Positions 49,908 to 62,733 of a DNA stretch of 64,000 bases are shown here, piece after piece (position 1 is the stretch's first letter; every line of letters starts with the position of its first letter). A program made the position numbers and the translations under genes. The notes below the pieces were generated by a model that saw only the letters and a list, made by a program, of their open reading frames with translations, had not been told where the DNA came from and ran no database searches. The stretch comes from Rhizodiscina lignyota (Eukaryota), in assembly GCA_010015805.1 (NCBI GenBank), contig ML978130.1, positions 558,001 through 622,000 on the forward strand. Direction: 5' to 3'.

Positions 49908-51695
49908 ATGATTGGAAACGCGATTCACCTCAGTGATTTCCCCTTTCTTCAACATGTAACCCCTTTCACGCTCCCTCTCATTGCTATTGGATTCACGGTT
50001 GCTAGCCTTCTAGCTTATGCTGTTGGTACCGAGATATATCGAAGAAAAGTTCGACTACGAGGCGTTCCTGGCCCCAGCGGCCTTCCCATCGTCGGCAACC
50101 TCAACCAGCTGGGCCCTGATCCAGCAGACACTCTGCACCAATGGGGCAAACGCTACGGCGGCGTCTATCAGATCTCGCTCGGTACACGCCCCGTTGTGAT
50201 ATTTGACTCCATGAAGGCCGCCAGAGAGGTGTTCATCGGCCAAGGAACTGCCTTGATCGACAAGCCAGTCTTCTACACGTTCCACCAAATGCTCTCCTCA
50301 GTCGCCAGTTCTATCGGTACCACGAAATGGTCAGACTCGACTAAGCGAAGACGAAAGACAGCTATGAGCGCAATGAATAGGCCTGCTGTGGCGTCCTACC
50401 TACCATTCATCGACGATATTACAAAGACCTTGATTTCTGATCTCTGGTCGCAGGGTCATGGAGGAGAAGTGGCGTTCGATCCTAGACGTGCTGTGAGCAA
50501 GACTATTACGGACTTGACTATGAGCTTGAATTATGGTGCTCGGCTTCCGCCAGAAGAAGATTTGTTCCAAGAAATCATCGACATTGAGGATGGACTGAGC
50601 AGGATCAAAACTCCACTGGGATCGAACCAGGACTATGTTCCCATTTTGCGATATCTGCCAGGCAACAACCTTTCAGCGAGGGCTAAGGAAATAAACAGAC
50701 GGTACGTCGCTAGTCATTGCAAGGCAGTTAATCATACACTAACATTCCATCGCTATGTGTGCAGGCGACTGGTTTATCTTCATCGATTTAAGAGGGAAAT
50801 GGAAGAACGAATTGAGAAGCAGGTCGATAAACCATGCATTCAAGGAAACTGCATTAAAGACCCCGAGACGAAGCTGGATGAGATTGATTTGATGAGTATC
50901 AGTATGAGCATGGTTTGTTGTCCCAACGCTCCCCCTTCCACCATATTACCACTCTATGTTCATTCACAATGAATTCAATATTATGTATACTGACCACTCA
51001 CTAGGTAAGTGGTGGACTCGATACGATGGTAAACACTATCGCTTGGGCAATTGGTACGCTGGCCCTCCGCCAGGATATCCAGGACAAAGCCTACAATGCC
51101 ATATGCGACGTCTACGGCCCCAATAGCTGGGGGCCCATCGGAGACGAAAACAGCGTTCCTTATATTAGCGCTCTTGTCAAAGAAAGCCTACGCACCTTCA
51201 CTGTCCTCCGTTTGTCTCTTCCCCGCCGTGCGTGGAAAGATATTCAATACGGCGAAATCTTCATTCCAAAAGGTACAACTATATTCCTAAACGCTTGGGG
51301 CTGCAACCGCGACGAATCTGTGTATGGACCGGATGTCAACGAATTTAGACCTGAGAGGTTCGCAGAGGATCCAGATCTACCTCATGCCGCATATGGATTT
51401 GGGACGAGGATGTGCGCGGGATTCAATCTTGCGAATCGACAGCTTTATATCCTCCTCCTGAGGCTGATTTGGGCCTTCAAGATTGATCTCAGCAAAGATC
51501 CGAGTGAGAAGTATCAGCAGCTGAGACCTTTGGAGGTGAGCATGATTGTCTGTTTATTTGGAATCACACGCGCTAATAGTTATGTGACAATAGGATGTCT
51601 CCGAACCCTTCCACCTTGCCGCAATTCCTCCTGACTACAAAGTCCGTTTGGTACCGCGAAACGAAGAAGCACTGAGAAACATGCTTGCCGCATGA
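49908..51695 (+). CDS. Cytochrome P450, CYP504-like (phenylacetate / hydroxyphenylacetate hydroxylase family)
   Basis: PGPSGLPIVGNL, PVFYTFH, SIGTTKWSDSTKRRR, QDYVPILR, DKPCIQGN, SMVSGGLDT, KESLRTFTVLRLSLPR, NAWGCNRD, YGFGTRMCAG; three introns. Confidence 0.88.
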
Positions 51696-54600
51696 AAGGT
51701 GTGAAAGAAATCAACAGCTTCAAGGCCTGTCTCGAGAACAGATTATCGACAATTCGATATCACGATTGATCCACAGGGCTCTTCTCGGAAATTGTCCCAA
51801 GCATATGTTTATGCGTTCTTGCTATCCACTCTCTTTTCATTTCGCTTACCCTCACTCCAATTTCCAATCCACATCACGAATTATTATGCCCACTGTTCAT
51901 TCTACAAGAATAGTTTTGATATGCTTTTCAACCCTCTTTCTGCTTTTCGTCTTTGTATTAGCATTTGGTTACGACAGGTTTCAGAGACGGCTTAAAGGCA
52001 TTACACGGACAGTGGCCTGATCAATATGTTGAAAAACGAGGAGAAGGATGTATGGGATGTTGGAGAGAAAGGCCAGGAGACAAGTAGTGCAGACGGAGAG
52101 GGGCCAGGCCGCGATGAATGTTTGACGATGTTAGAGGATGTTGTGTAGCATGCGACAGTTTTCGAGCACAACGAATTTTACACAATAGCGACAACGCAGA
52201 CAGTGCGGACAGATATGAGATCGCGATTTTCGCTTGCATTCGTGATGCGATTGAATTAAATGCAGTAGTATAGTGCCACGCATATTTTCATTGGAATTGC
52301 TATCGTTTGCTTGCCTCGCTCATACCGTGGCGGGCTTGCTCTATTCCCGTCAACTTGTAAATCTGACGTGTCCTTGATTGTTTGTGGTCCTGTTTTTGTT
52401 CTTCGTCATCGCGTCAAGAGGAAGGTGAAGTGTTAGCAGTGACGAGAGTGTCGCTGAACACAAGATCTGTGAACCCAGAAATCAATTCTGGCGACAATGC
52501 ATGTGCCAAGACCATTTGATTGCACCTTCCCTCTCCACATTGGAATCAAAACTGAGGAACTTATTAAAGACAAATCCCAGACCTATGGACCTCTTGGAAG
52601 CTTCTCTCATACATTCCAACTGCAAAGACTTCCCTCAGCATTCTCCAGAAATATCGCAACATACTCACACATTTCTCGACACTCTCGCATCTCCTCCATC
52701 CAGAAGCCATGACGGACGGGGTCTTAGTTAACATACTCATCGCGACGTTTAGCTTCGTCATCTTCCTCGCTCTCGCCGTCATCGTATTTGGGGTGCTCCT
52801 CATCCCTGCGGTGAGCCTTCTTTGGGACAGAGTCGATGGCGCTATCAGTGCTCCAAAGACTTCTTCTCATGGGGTTCAACTACAAACACCCGAGAGCTCT
52901 CGAGGCCCCAACTCCAGCTCCGCAGTCTGTAAGTGGAGTTTCTAATTTGAATGAGATGAAATGCTGAGATGAGTCCGTCTAGAGGATTTAAGCAGCGCTC
53001 GAGAGCATTCCTTTCTCCCACCACGGGTTTGGGTTGATCCTACGGAACAATCAATCTCAACTGTTGTTCATCGTGCTCTGAAGAGAAGTTTTTACATCAG
53101 TCGAGCTTGGTGGAGTATACTTCGGGGCGGTTTTGGCTTCGACACTTCCAAGCAGCAGTTCCCGCCGTCAGCGTCTCACATGATGGTCACTGCTACGCGG
53201 AAATCATACCCCAAAAAATCCAATTGCGAACAGCGATATACCGCCGTATTGTGGAGATGGTATATGAAGATGTTGAGTTCAGAACTTCAGCACAGAGTGA
53301 AGTTTGGGCAGGCAATCGCCTCGCCTTATCTCCATTCAAAGGGTTAGCGTACTAGCCTTGCTAGGACAGCAGGGGGGCGGACACGGTGCGGATGCGGCCG
53401 ACCTTGCGGGGGTCTGTAGGCTTGATTCGGTTAATCTTACCCCTTTTCTGACAGACTCTTAAGTTATTTCCTGACTCCGACTTTGTTTTCTACTTCACCT
53501 CATGTCATCTGAGTAAGCGGGAAGACTCCCTGGGCTTTATGCTGTTTTTCATTCCGACTATCAATTCTTGCCTTGTATTGAGTCCAGCCCATCCTTCCGA
53601 CGCGATGAAGCCACGCGGAGATCGACCACCATGTCTTCATCTCCATTCTTCCGACCATCTCACCATTTAAAGAGTTTAATCGGTTAGATGTGTGCTTCAG
53701 TTCCCATGCAAGACACGGAGCCGGCGCCGTCCCGATCCAAATTCTAGCCTGGATTCCCCACTCTCGGTTCCTTAGTCTTGCATGGTACAAAAGGGTTCAT
53801 CGATAACAATCAAGATAGGTATGCAATTGCTAACTAAGCTTAATGACAACCTAGTAAGTAAGCATCAACCAATGTGCGCTCCTTGGTTAGAGGCACGGCA
53901 CCTTAAAACTTACCTAAAGCGTCGTGGGAATGGATGTTTCTTATGAAAAAGGCACGACGAACTCAACCGTAATTTTCCAAGAGTACAATACTCTATTGTC
54001 ATAAATCTTGTTATATCTTATGTTAAGTTCTGAATTTTCGCTACGTCTTGCAGTAGTGCATCTTCTCTTTACTCTTCTATTGGTTCTGACGCTGTCGCTT
54101 TTGTCCAAAGTATTTCTCAGAGGCAGAATATTCTTAATTCCAGCAAAGGGATATCCGTTCATTTCCACTAACAACACACCGAGGTGCACGAAGAGCATGT
54201 GCCCGCTGGTGCACCCTCGAGGCTACCCTGGCAGCACTGGTCGGAATAACTTGCAACGCACAGTGAAGTGCACTGGTTGCCAGGTAGGAGAATAGCTGCG
54301 ATAACAGTATTAGTATTTCGTTTAACTGATTCACAATCGCGTAGCAAGCAGCGCGTGTGCTGTAAGAAACCGCTCTCTTTGATCACGATTTCAAAGGACT
54401 TTACATACAGCAGAATACTTGGCCATCTGGGCAACCCTGTATCAAAGCGTTAACGACGTAGAACAATATAATGGAAATTTGGACATACTCCAAAGCCGCC
54501 GTTCTGCGATGCTTGGACCTGGACACCGAGAAATACGCCCACCGCGGAAACGATGATTTGGAAACGCATTTTATTTAGCGTTTGAATGCTGAATTCTCGA

Positions 54601-55208
54601 GGATCCTTAAGAAATAGAGAAATGTTTTGCCGTTTCTCAAGAGTCTGAAGTAGCTGAGTTGAACTTTAACGATTCCATGAGAGGTCGGGTTGCACCTGAG
54701 AAACTTATAGGCGGTACTCCGTATACCGTTCGGAGCATTATCAATTTAAATCTCACTGACACAAGTTTCATCTGAGCATCTCCATATTAAAGAATGAAGC
54801 ATGAACGGAAATGTTGTATAGTATCCAGTATTTAAGCTTAACTTAGTCAGATCGCTAATACCGCTAGGGTTCTCCGTACATCTCCGGTCTGAGGTGTCAT
54901 CCATTTCTTTTCGTCCGAACGCGATAAATACGCAATGTTTAGTGGGTGCCAAAATTACAAACGGTATCCCGGTTCGCCGTCTTAAGCGCTGACTTTGGAA
55001 TTCTTTGTGTGGTCACATTCAAAGCCACAAGCGCTACGGGTTTTGAAATTTTGATCTCTCTCCATCCGAGATGATTCAGTGATTTACTATTACTTATTAC
55101 ACTGCCATTTTCTGCTTCAACTCGTCTCCAAATTTTACAACCTGTGTGTTTTTGAGGCTCAAGAGTGAAGAATCATCCTTTGGCTGATTTTCAACAGTCA
55201 TCGTCAAT

Positions 55209-57546
55209 ATGACCGGTTCGTATCTGATCGCTCCCTGATTGGCTAGGTGTATACTTATATGTTTTGCTAGGACCTGGCTGCGCCTATAACTTGCTACAAT
55301 CCGAGAATGATGTTTCGTCTCCTTACGATTTTGTAATTGTTGGAGGAGGCACTGCTGTTAGTTATTGACGCCGCTCTGACAACGTCGTTGATGGAATAGA
55401 ATGGACTAAGTCGAACAGGGCTGTGCCCTCGCAGCAAGACTAGCGGAAGATGGCAGCTTCAGAGTGTTGCTTATCGAAGCCGGTTCAAAGTGAGGTCAGC
55501 ACTGCTTACGACAAATACCATGTTAACATCCCAGCGACAAAGGGGCGACGATGTTACAGATATTCGCAAGCCCTTCATGTGGCCATTCTTGTCCGGATCA
55601 AAAGTTGATTGGAACTACAAGACTGTCGCTCAAAAAGGTCTCAACAACCGGGTCATTGCATGCCCGCGAGGTTTTGTTTTGGGCGGTTGCTCCGCAATCA
55701 GTATGTCGTGTCAGTCACGATATTTGTTCCGTCGCCATTGACGTAGCCAGATGCTTTGACTTATAATCGAGCCTCAAATGACTTTTACGACAAGTGGGCG
55801 GAAGACGTGGAGGATGGCGGCTGGTCGTGGAAGAGCATGGAACATTATTACCGCAAGGTACGTCGCACCAGGCATTGTTGTAACGATTACCTCTCATTTT
55901 GCCATCTCGCAGACAGTATCATTAGTACCTCCAGCGGATGAGCACGATACAACCGGCCAGGTTGATCCGGCGTTGTATGGGAACGGACCAATCCAGCTCA
56001 GCATCAATACGTCGTATTCCAAGGACATTCATAGCCGGACTATGGAATCTGTGGACTCGCTTGGAGGACAGTTTTTCACCAATCTAGATTTACAAGGAGG
56101 CAGAACACTAGGTTTCAGTACGTTTTAAGGCGCCGCTATCCGATAATATACAATATTGACAGGAGCAGGTTGGCTCGTATCTACTGTGGCAGGCGGCGAG
56201 CGCAGCTATACCACTCGATATCTCGACACCATGGAAAACGGCAAGAATCTCGATATATTGATCAACACCAGGGTCACGCGCATACTCCCCGTTCCAGGTT
56301 CACTCGGAGCTCCCGACATGAGGACGGTCGAAATTGCCTCGTCGCGTGAAGGTAGTAATCAGCAATCGCCATTTTTCGTTGAATATTGTGCTAAGTGATA
56401 CGAAAGGTCCCCGCTCTACTATCACCGCACGGAAAGAAGTCATTCTTGCTGCAGGCTCGATCAATTCTCCTCAGATCTTGCAGCTCTCCGGAATTGGCTC
56501 GAAGAAGATTCTTGAGCCTCTTGGAATTGATGTCCATTTGGACATCCAGGACGTCGGTCTCAACTTGCGCGATCATGCGACTATCGCAACTTACTTTTCA
56601 ACCACCTCCCAAGCGACATGGGACGGAATAGTACGAGATCATTCCGAACTAGGCAAGTTTGCGACACAATGGGACAACTCTCGTAATGGGCTATTTGCCG
56701 ATCCACCGGCGAGCGGGCTTGGATATATTCGATTACCGGACGATGATCCTGTCCTGAAGAAAGTTGGAGATCCCTCGTCTGGTCCTAGCGCAGCGCACAT
56801 TGAATACGCATTCGGGGCGAGTACATACAGTAGTGTGGCATGTGCTCTGAAAGCTAATCAAGAGCAGAATGGATTTATTCCCCTCAGCACTGAGCCGCCG
56901 CCGACATCTGGAAATTACATAACGGCTCTTGTGGTATCTACCAGTCCAACTTCAGGTGAACATGTGCATTCTGGGATAAATCAGATACTATGGCGACTAA
57001 TCCAAACTTCTTAGCTGGATCCGTCCAGATAAATTCTTCAGACGCATTCGACGCTCCATTAATCGACTTTGCGATATTAACAACAGAATTCGACCAACAT
57101 ACCATAGTTGAAGGCATGAAGAGTGCTGTGAAACTGTTTGCTGCCGCGCCGCTCAAAGAGATTAATACGAAGCCGTGCGGTACGTTCGCAGCCGCACTGG
57201 AAACTGGGTCGGACGACGCGCTCCTCAATTACGCTCGGGATATTGGAATCACCATGTTTCACGCATCGTGTACCACTGCAATGAGTCCTGTTAGCGCTAG
57301 TTGGGGTGTCGTCAATCCTGATTTGACTGTCAAGGGTGCACAGGGGCTGCGAATTGTCGATGCAGGCGTTTTTGTGAGTCAACTTTCGCGGGCAGGACTA
57401 CGTGCTTGTGGTAGATCGAGATGAATACTAACATCTTGAAGCCTCGTATCCCTGAATGCCACCCGACTGGTGTAATATATGCACTGGCGGAGAGGGCTGC
57501 CGATATCATCAAGACGAAGTACTCCGCAGCGCTATCGGAATCTTGA
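55209..57546 (+). CDS. GMC oxidoreductase (AA3_2, aryl-alcohol oxidase-like), many introns
   Basis: YDFVIVGGGTA/GCALAARL..VLLIEAG, DWNYKTVAQKGLNNR..PRGFVLGGCSAI, ARKEVILAAGSINSPQILQLSGIG, VGLNLRDH, TMFHASCT, GVVNPDLTVKGAQGLRIVDA, IPECHPTGVIYALAERAADII. 5' exon structure uncertain. Confidence 0.85.
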
Positions 57547-58037
57547 GGCGATCGCCCGACGTTTGAGCACGGTGACGTGAAAGTCTTTTATAGACAGGAT
57601 GTTAGTCTTTCCAAGGCGAGGGTCATTTCTGGATAGCGATGCATAGAAAGATTACAGATTTGATGTTTATCGGTATCGTCTTGGACTCTTTGGGGGACAG
57701 AAACTGCTTCCATATGATCCGAGTTGCATTTCAAAGCTCGAAATATTGATTCAGGAGCTCTATTTGCCTTCTCTCTTCTCATTCATCCTATCCGCATTTC
57801 TGCCGCCTGTGCCATGTTGTTTCTGGTATCCCCCTAGTTTCTGCGGTAGCTTCAGCTGCTATGAATAAGGGTGTTGTAGTCGCGGCTCCACACTTTTGTC
57901 ATCTTCAAGTTTCCCTTTCACTCGGCAACCAGAGGATTGCGCTCATCACTCTCTGCTTCTCGCTTCTTTTCCAAGTCTGCTGCGGCCGTTGTCGACGTTC
58001 CGCATCATATCCTTCCGTCGAGTATGAAGAATCCAGT

Positions 58038-58988
58038 CTAGACTTTCGGACCCCGTGAGATTGTGACAGCTCCCCAATCATACACCGGTTGAAAGTAGCG
58101 CCTCTTATATGGGCGACTTTCGATCTGCCCCTCCTCCACCTCTTTTAGTGCCTTCCTCTTCCGTCCCTTCCGTTGGCAGCCGACCGAATGTCGTTGTACG
58201 CCGTACTCAATTTCTCGCAGGTTCCCCTCGTACTTCCCGGTCATGACAGCTTTCAGTTTCGAAGCGAAATCCCGACTTGCTCCTCCTTCGATGTGAACTT
58301 CATCGACACGCAAGAGTGCGAAGTCCTCCAGCAAGTATTGGTAGCGCTGCTCATTCTTCAAGAGTCTGTGTAGACTCCATTCGATGGTATGGAACACGAT
58401 GATGAGCCTGCGCAGGCGGTGTTTTGCGTTCCGCAAGTTCGTCACAAGGCGTTCGATGCTCTCAGACACACGACGACGCGCTTCTGCATCTTCGAAGTTA
58501 TCGGAAATGATCAGCTCCATCGATGTCATGCGAGAGTAGAATGATAAGTTCAGAGGAATAGTGGTGTCAATAGGAGGAATAGGATGATAGCATCCGAGCC
58601 TAAAGACGCCAGGCTCGGAATGCATCCTCGAATTACAGACTCTACCAATGCTCACGTGGAATGTGAAATCTTCGTAGAGGTAGTTGATCAGATCGAGATA
58701 GCATGTGCGCTCGACGAGACAAACGTTGTAGATCTTTCCGAGTATGGAGCTGTATGGAGAGAATTGGTATCGCCCGATGAGATTTCCGTCCTTGACTTTG
58801 ATTACTTTTGCGCCGCCCTCTCTTTCGAGATCTTCAGTATCCGGGGTATAATTATGGTTAATGGACCAGATCTGCTCCGGCATGTACGAAAGCACATGTA
58901 TGTCTTTGCGCCTCGAAAGTGGTATTTTCCAGCAGTATTGATAGATCTGCTGCCGGAGCTCGAGTGGAAGTGACTTGAACGTTGCCAT
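58038..58988 (-). CDS. Hypothetical protein with F-box-like N-terminal motif
   Basis: MATFKSLPLELRQQIYQY..., YLYEDFTFHVSI, basic C-terminal region (RKGRKRK). Confidence 0.6.
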   Translation of the reverse strand: MATFKSLPLELRQQIYQYCWKIPLSRRKDIHVLSYMPEQIWSINHNYTPDTEDLEREGGAKVIKVKDGNLIGRYQFSPYSSILGKIYNVCLVERTCYLDLINYLYEDFTFHVSIGRVCNSRMHSEPGVFRLGCYHPIPPIDTTIPLNLSFYSRMTSMELIISDNFEDAEARRRVSESIERLVTNLRNAKHRLRRLIIVFHTIEWSLHRLLKNEQRYQYLLEDFALLRVDEVHIEGGASRDFASKLKAVMTGKYEGNLREIEYGVQRHSVGCQRKGRKRKALKEVEEGQIESRPYKRRYFQPVYDWGAVTISRGPKV

Positions 58989-60619
58989 ATTGGGAGAACC
59001 GATCTCGAAAGTACAGTATTGCGTCCTCACGCCTCAAACTTTGTAGGCTGTTGGATATAATGTGTTCGACGTTCGGAAGCTGGGTCAGTTCTGAGGATCG
59101 TGATGTGTGGTAATTGCAATGGTAGAACTTGAATTGACTTCGTGAAAGTAGGAAGAAAGTACATATCTTTATTTTAAGTGGGGCCCCACAACATATCTAG
59201 GCAGAACCGAAGCTCGGACTGTGATTGGACACATCACCAGCAATTTTCAGAACTTCAGCCTTCGGGCACAGAATCTCTCACTTCCGCTGCAAGGCCTTCC
59301 AATACGTTTGTCCTTTTTTGTAATTTTATCGTAGATGCCTTACACTATTGACAGCCGTCGCCGCCGTTTGATGTGGAAGCATCACGAACTAAGTGAGAGT
59401 TTGACCATACTGTTTGCCACGGCAGCCAGCTATTTTGCCACTCCAAGGCAAGTCCTGCAACAATAGGCATAGAACAGTCTCCTTCATGAGGACTAATGGA
59501 GAAGGAAGGGTCATGGTGCCATGTCCTCGTTCAAGTCGCCGAACGAGACGGGAGGCCTAGCAAGTAGAACTGCTCGGTGATTCTCCTTAGCTGCTATTCA
59601 TGAGGCACTGCAAAACATTCCTCTGCGCTCTGACTAGTGAAAAGGTCGGAAATGTCCACCCCAAGCGATGACGCGGCCGTGAGAGCTGTAGCCGGGCTTT
59701 GAAGCAAGCACGAAAGTGACTAAACGGCACGCGATCAGTATCGAGACTTCGCGACAGGGGACGAGCAGGCGGCGCGGCGATGAATAGGAATAAAACAGGA
59801 GTGCGTGTGCAGTCCAACTAAGACATGCTAAGCATCAGCTAGGCGCCACAAGCTATCGAAAACGTGAAGATGGGGCCGAGCTCAGGGGACGAGAATTGTG
59901 CGGAGCCCAGACCAGCGCCTCAACCGCGACGCCTCACTGCACAAAATCTCAAAGAATCCGGCCCGATTGCAAAAAAGCTTGACTCGGGGATTGTGGGGAC
60001 GGCACAGCATACTACATCTCGGCTCCGTAGCTCAAGTCTGTGCCTCAGGGCCGTTTTTGGGGGACCGATCAGTTTCGGTCAGTAGTGACGTACACGTTCC
60101 CTGGCTAACGGCACAGTACCCAGCAGCAATTTGCCCCTGACTTAGATATGCACAGCTGGTAAGCATTGAGGCACAATACATACCTATTCTAGTGTATCTG
60201 CCAAGGGTTTACTTCACAGGACAGCGGGGCCTTTCTGGTAGAGTATTGGGATGATGTCAAGCGATCTCGGGAGTGAAAATTGAGGACGTCGAGTCTATCA
60301 AGCGAATGGGTCATTATTTGATTTTGGCCGAAGTATTACATAGATTATAGTTAAACATGAACCCTGTGAATGGTATTATATGATTATTGTAAACCTTAAC
60401 ACCGAGGTCCAGATCCAATTCCCCAGCAAGCCATGAGTATATGGCCGTTCCTAGGAACTCCTAGAGAACGGGTATCAAACTGAATCCCAAGAGTTGCATG
60501 CGCACATGACTATTTCCCATGCCCGAATACTCCGTGTCTGACCCTAGTAGATCCTTCAAAATGAGAGCGCTATTTATTACAAAATCTTAATGGCCTGTTG
60601 CTGGCTTCAGGATTACACA

Positions 60620-62733
60620 TTACAAGCCGGAGTCAATCTGGTCCGGGATATTCGTGCCAGTCCAGGTGCCCCAGTTGCGACAGTTGTCTGAGGCGATAGC
60701 CGGGAACTTGAGCTTCTTGATATCATCAGGACGCTCAAGCACATTGATGTAAAGACCGGCGCTGACGTGCCAGGCAATGTGGCAGTGGAATGGCCAGACG
60801 GCCGGGTTATCTTGCTGCCACTGAAGCACGATGTAGCCTGGCGTGGTGCTGCCATCGGCATTGGTCGTCCCAGAGGGAACGAGCTGAACGTCACGCATCT
60901 GGGTATTTCCTGGATTCGTGACGGTGCCATCCCAGTCACCTACGCCTTGGGCGAGAACATGGAAGTTGTGACCGTGAAGATGCATTGGGTGGGCGCCGAA
61001 GGCGAAATTGTTCTTGATGATCAAGCGAACGGAAGAATTGGAGCCGAAATCGAAGACGTTCCATTCAGGCTCGAACGTCGTATTGCCAGCACCGACGGCA
61101 AGCAGGGTAGGGTCGTTGTAGTCGCCACGGAAGGACTCGCCATTCATGAACCATACAAAGTTGGTGCCGTTGGAGCCAAACGTGATCTCTACCGTCTCAG
61201 TGGTAGGCGGATTCGGGTCAGGCTTAGTAGGACACCAAGAAACAGTCTTGGAAAGATCATCGTTCTGGCAGCTGTTCAACTCGTCAGAGGAAACGGTCGA
61301 GGTTGTGGTAGGGAGAGTGTTGGCGTTGCTCAGATCGTAGTAAACACCAGCGACGCCCTGAGGGGAGATGCCGTCGGTAAATGAGCAAGGGCTCAGATTG
61401 GCGCGCATCCAATAAGAACCGGTGAGCTGGTTTTTGGCCTGGACGATGACATCGGATCTCTGTCCAACACCAAGTGTAATAACGTCGGTCGTATAAGGCA
61501 CAATGGGAACAAAGTCGTTGGCGATGACGCTCATGGTATGTCCATCAATGCTGAATTTCTGAATGCCCTCGGCGCTTGTATTGATCAATCGCAAGAGGTG
61601 CTTCTTTCCGCGCTTGAAGCGGAATTTCGAGATACCAGCATTAGCTGTGCATGGAAGAGTCGTATTCTGGCAAGGGTAGTTCATCTTGCCATTGATCAAG
61701 TTGTTGTTCGACTGGGGAACACCACCGGCCATGGTCTGATTGACGAGTGTGAAGTAGTCTTGATGATACCAGTCCGCCAGAGTAATTGGACCCAAATCAA
61801 TATCGTAAGCCGCGGTCCTGGGGCCGTGAATGACAATTGGGCCAAGGGCACCTCCAGCATACTGAGCACTGTAGTGGGAGTGATACCAAGAAGTTCCATA
61901 AACTGTGACGGATAGTTAGAATGGGCAGGATGAAGGTGAGGACATAACTTACCATCAGCTTTGAACAAATAGGTCATAGTGCCACCAGGTGGAATTGGAC
62001 ATTGAGATACAGCTGGAACACCATCAAACCAGGGAGTCTCTGACTGAAGCAAGCCGTGCCAGTGCAGAGAAGTACCCTCGTCGGGCAAGCTATTTACGAC
62101 GTTGACCTTGATCCAGTCACCCCAATTTGCCTCGATGAGAGGACCTGGGAAAGCGCCGTTTACAACAAGGCCATTCTTTTTAACACCATCTGGTGCAATA
62201 GTCTGGAAGCTGAGGTCGAAGTTGTACGTCCGAGTTACATGGGTGTCGGGAGCAGTTCCGCAGGGGCCGGAGGTGGGAGTCTGGCCGGCCGTGACTGTGA
62301 CTGTGGGGCGAGTAGCGACTTTTGTGTACTGGGGTCCCTTTCCGGGTGGTAGGTTGTATGGAAGATGGGGAGTCTTGTCAATTATGCCCCAAATGCTCTT
62401 GCCATTTGTGAGGGCTTGGATGATGCTTGCGAGGAGAGAAGTCTTTCCCTTTGGAACCCAGGCGGGAGCAACATATTTCGAGGCGAACTGGGGAAGACCG
62501 CCAGACGGAAATGCAGGCCCTGGTCGAGGTGATGGTGTTGTGTGACCCTTTGTTGGACGGCCAGGCCAAATGACGGGTAGTGGAGAAGAATCATATGGAT
62601 TTTTATAGGGACCATTAGGGTTTGAGGTTGTTGCAGCAGGTGCAGCGGTGGTTGCGGTCGCAGGAACAGCTTGAACGCCAGTGAAGGCGAGAGCTGCAAT
62701 GAGTGCAGTAAAAATAAGAGAGGCAGGCGCCAT
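60620..62733 (-). CDS. Secreted laccase / multicopper oxidase (ascomycete type)
   Basis: Signal peptide, Pro/Thr-rich extension, HWHG, WYHSH (after the intron at about 61904-61951), HPMHLHGH, HCHIAWHVSAGL and the asco-laccase C-terminus DSGL. Confidence 0.95.
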
